NCBI GenBank assembly: GCA_951406725.2
Contig: OX597819.1
Coordinates: forward strand, 56,172,001 to 56,236,000
Reading direction: 5' to 3'
Length of the DNA stretch: 64,000 bases
Source: Octopus vulgaris
Lineage: Eukaryota
The position numbers and the translations under genes are program-made. Shown here piece after piece: positions 63,743 through 64,000 of the stretch. Position 1 is the stretch's first letter, and each line of letters opens with the position of its first letter. The notes beneath the pieces were generated by a model. That model did not search any database. It had not been told where the DNA came from and saw only the letters and a list, made by a program, of their open reading frames with translations.

Positions 63743-64000
63743 TTGGATTTGTACTTTTCGTACAAAAACTTGTTTATTTTTTTACTTTTAAATTTAATTA
63801 GTAATAATAACATCATATTTCACTGTCCCCTAAGTACAACCGATGACATATAAGGTCCTTTATTCTTTCTTTTGTTGTGTATGATATATAAACCCTTTAT
63901 TCTCGTTTTTAGTTTTATTTATATTATTCTTTTGTTATCTTTATTTTTCATCTTTTATTTTTATTAATAACTTTTTAATAATTTTTATATATTTAAATGT

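Overview
AT-rich, microsatellite-saturated eukaryotic non-coding DNA. The repeat repertoire (tRNA-headed SINEs, Penelope-like elements, mariner/Tigger relics, dense (TA)n/(TATC)n/(TATG)n/(CA)n tracts) looks like an octopus or other coleoid cephalopod genome; this is my inference from recognising the repeats, not a database result. I found no host protein-coding exon. Almost all listed ORFs are translated microsatellites or SINE sequence. Real coding remnants all come from transposons: a young Penelope-like element (PLE; RT + GIY-YIG, 46659-48330) with an ~890-bp inverted copy of its own 3' end, older PLE fragments, R4/Dong-type, Tx1/L1-type, RTE-type and CR1-type LINE 3' ends, and mariner, maT and Tigger/pogo relics. 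The most interesting signal is non-coding. At least six unrelated sequence families of small PLE-derived segments each carry a minimal type-I hammerhead ribozyme fold; one at 43967-44024 has a fully canonical core. Several sit in or beside microsatellite tracts and start with a fold-back inversion. Other notable items: an intron-containing tRNA-Leu-type pseudogene with a GAA anticodon, a LINE/SINE pair sharing a covarying 3' hairpin, apparently microsatellite-targeting LINEs, and several long inverted repeats that could form dsRNA. All coordinates and structures were read by eye and are approximate unless stated.
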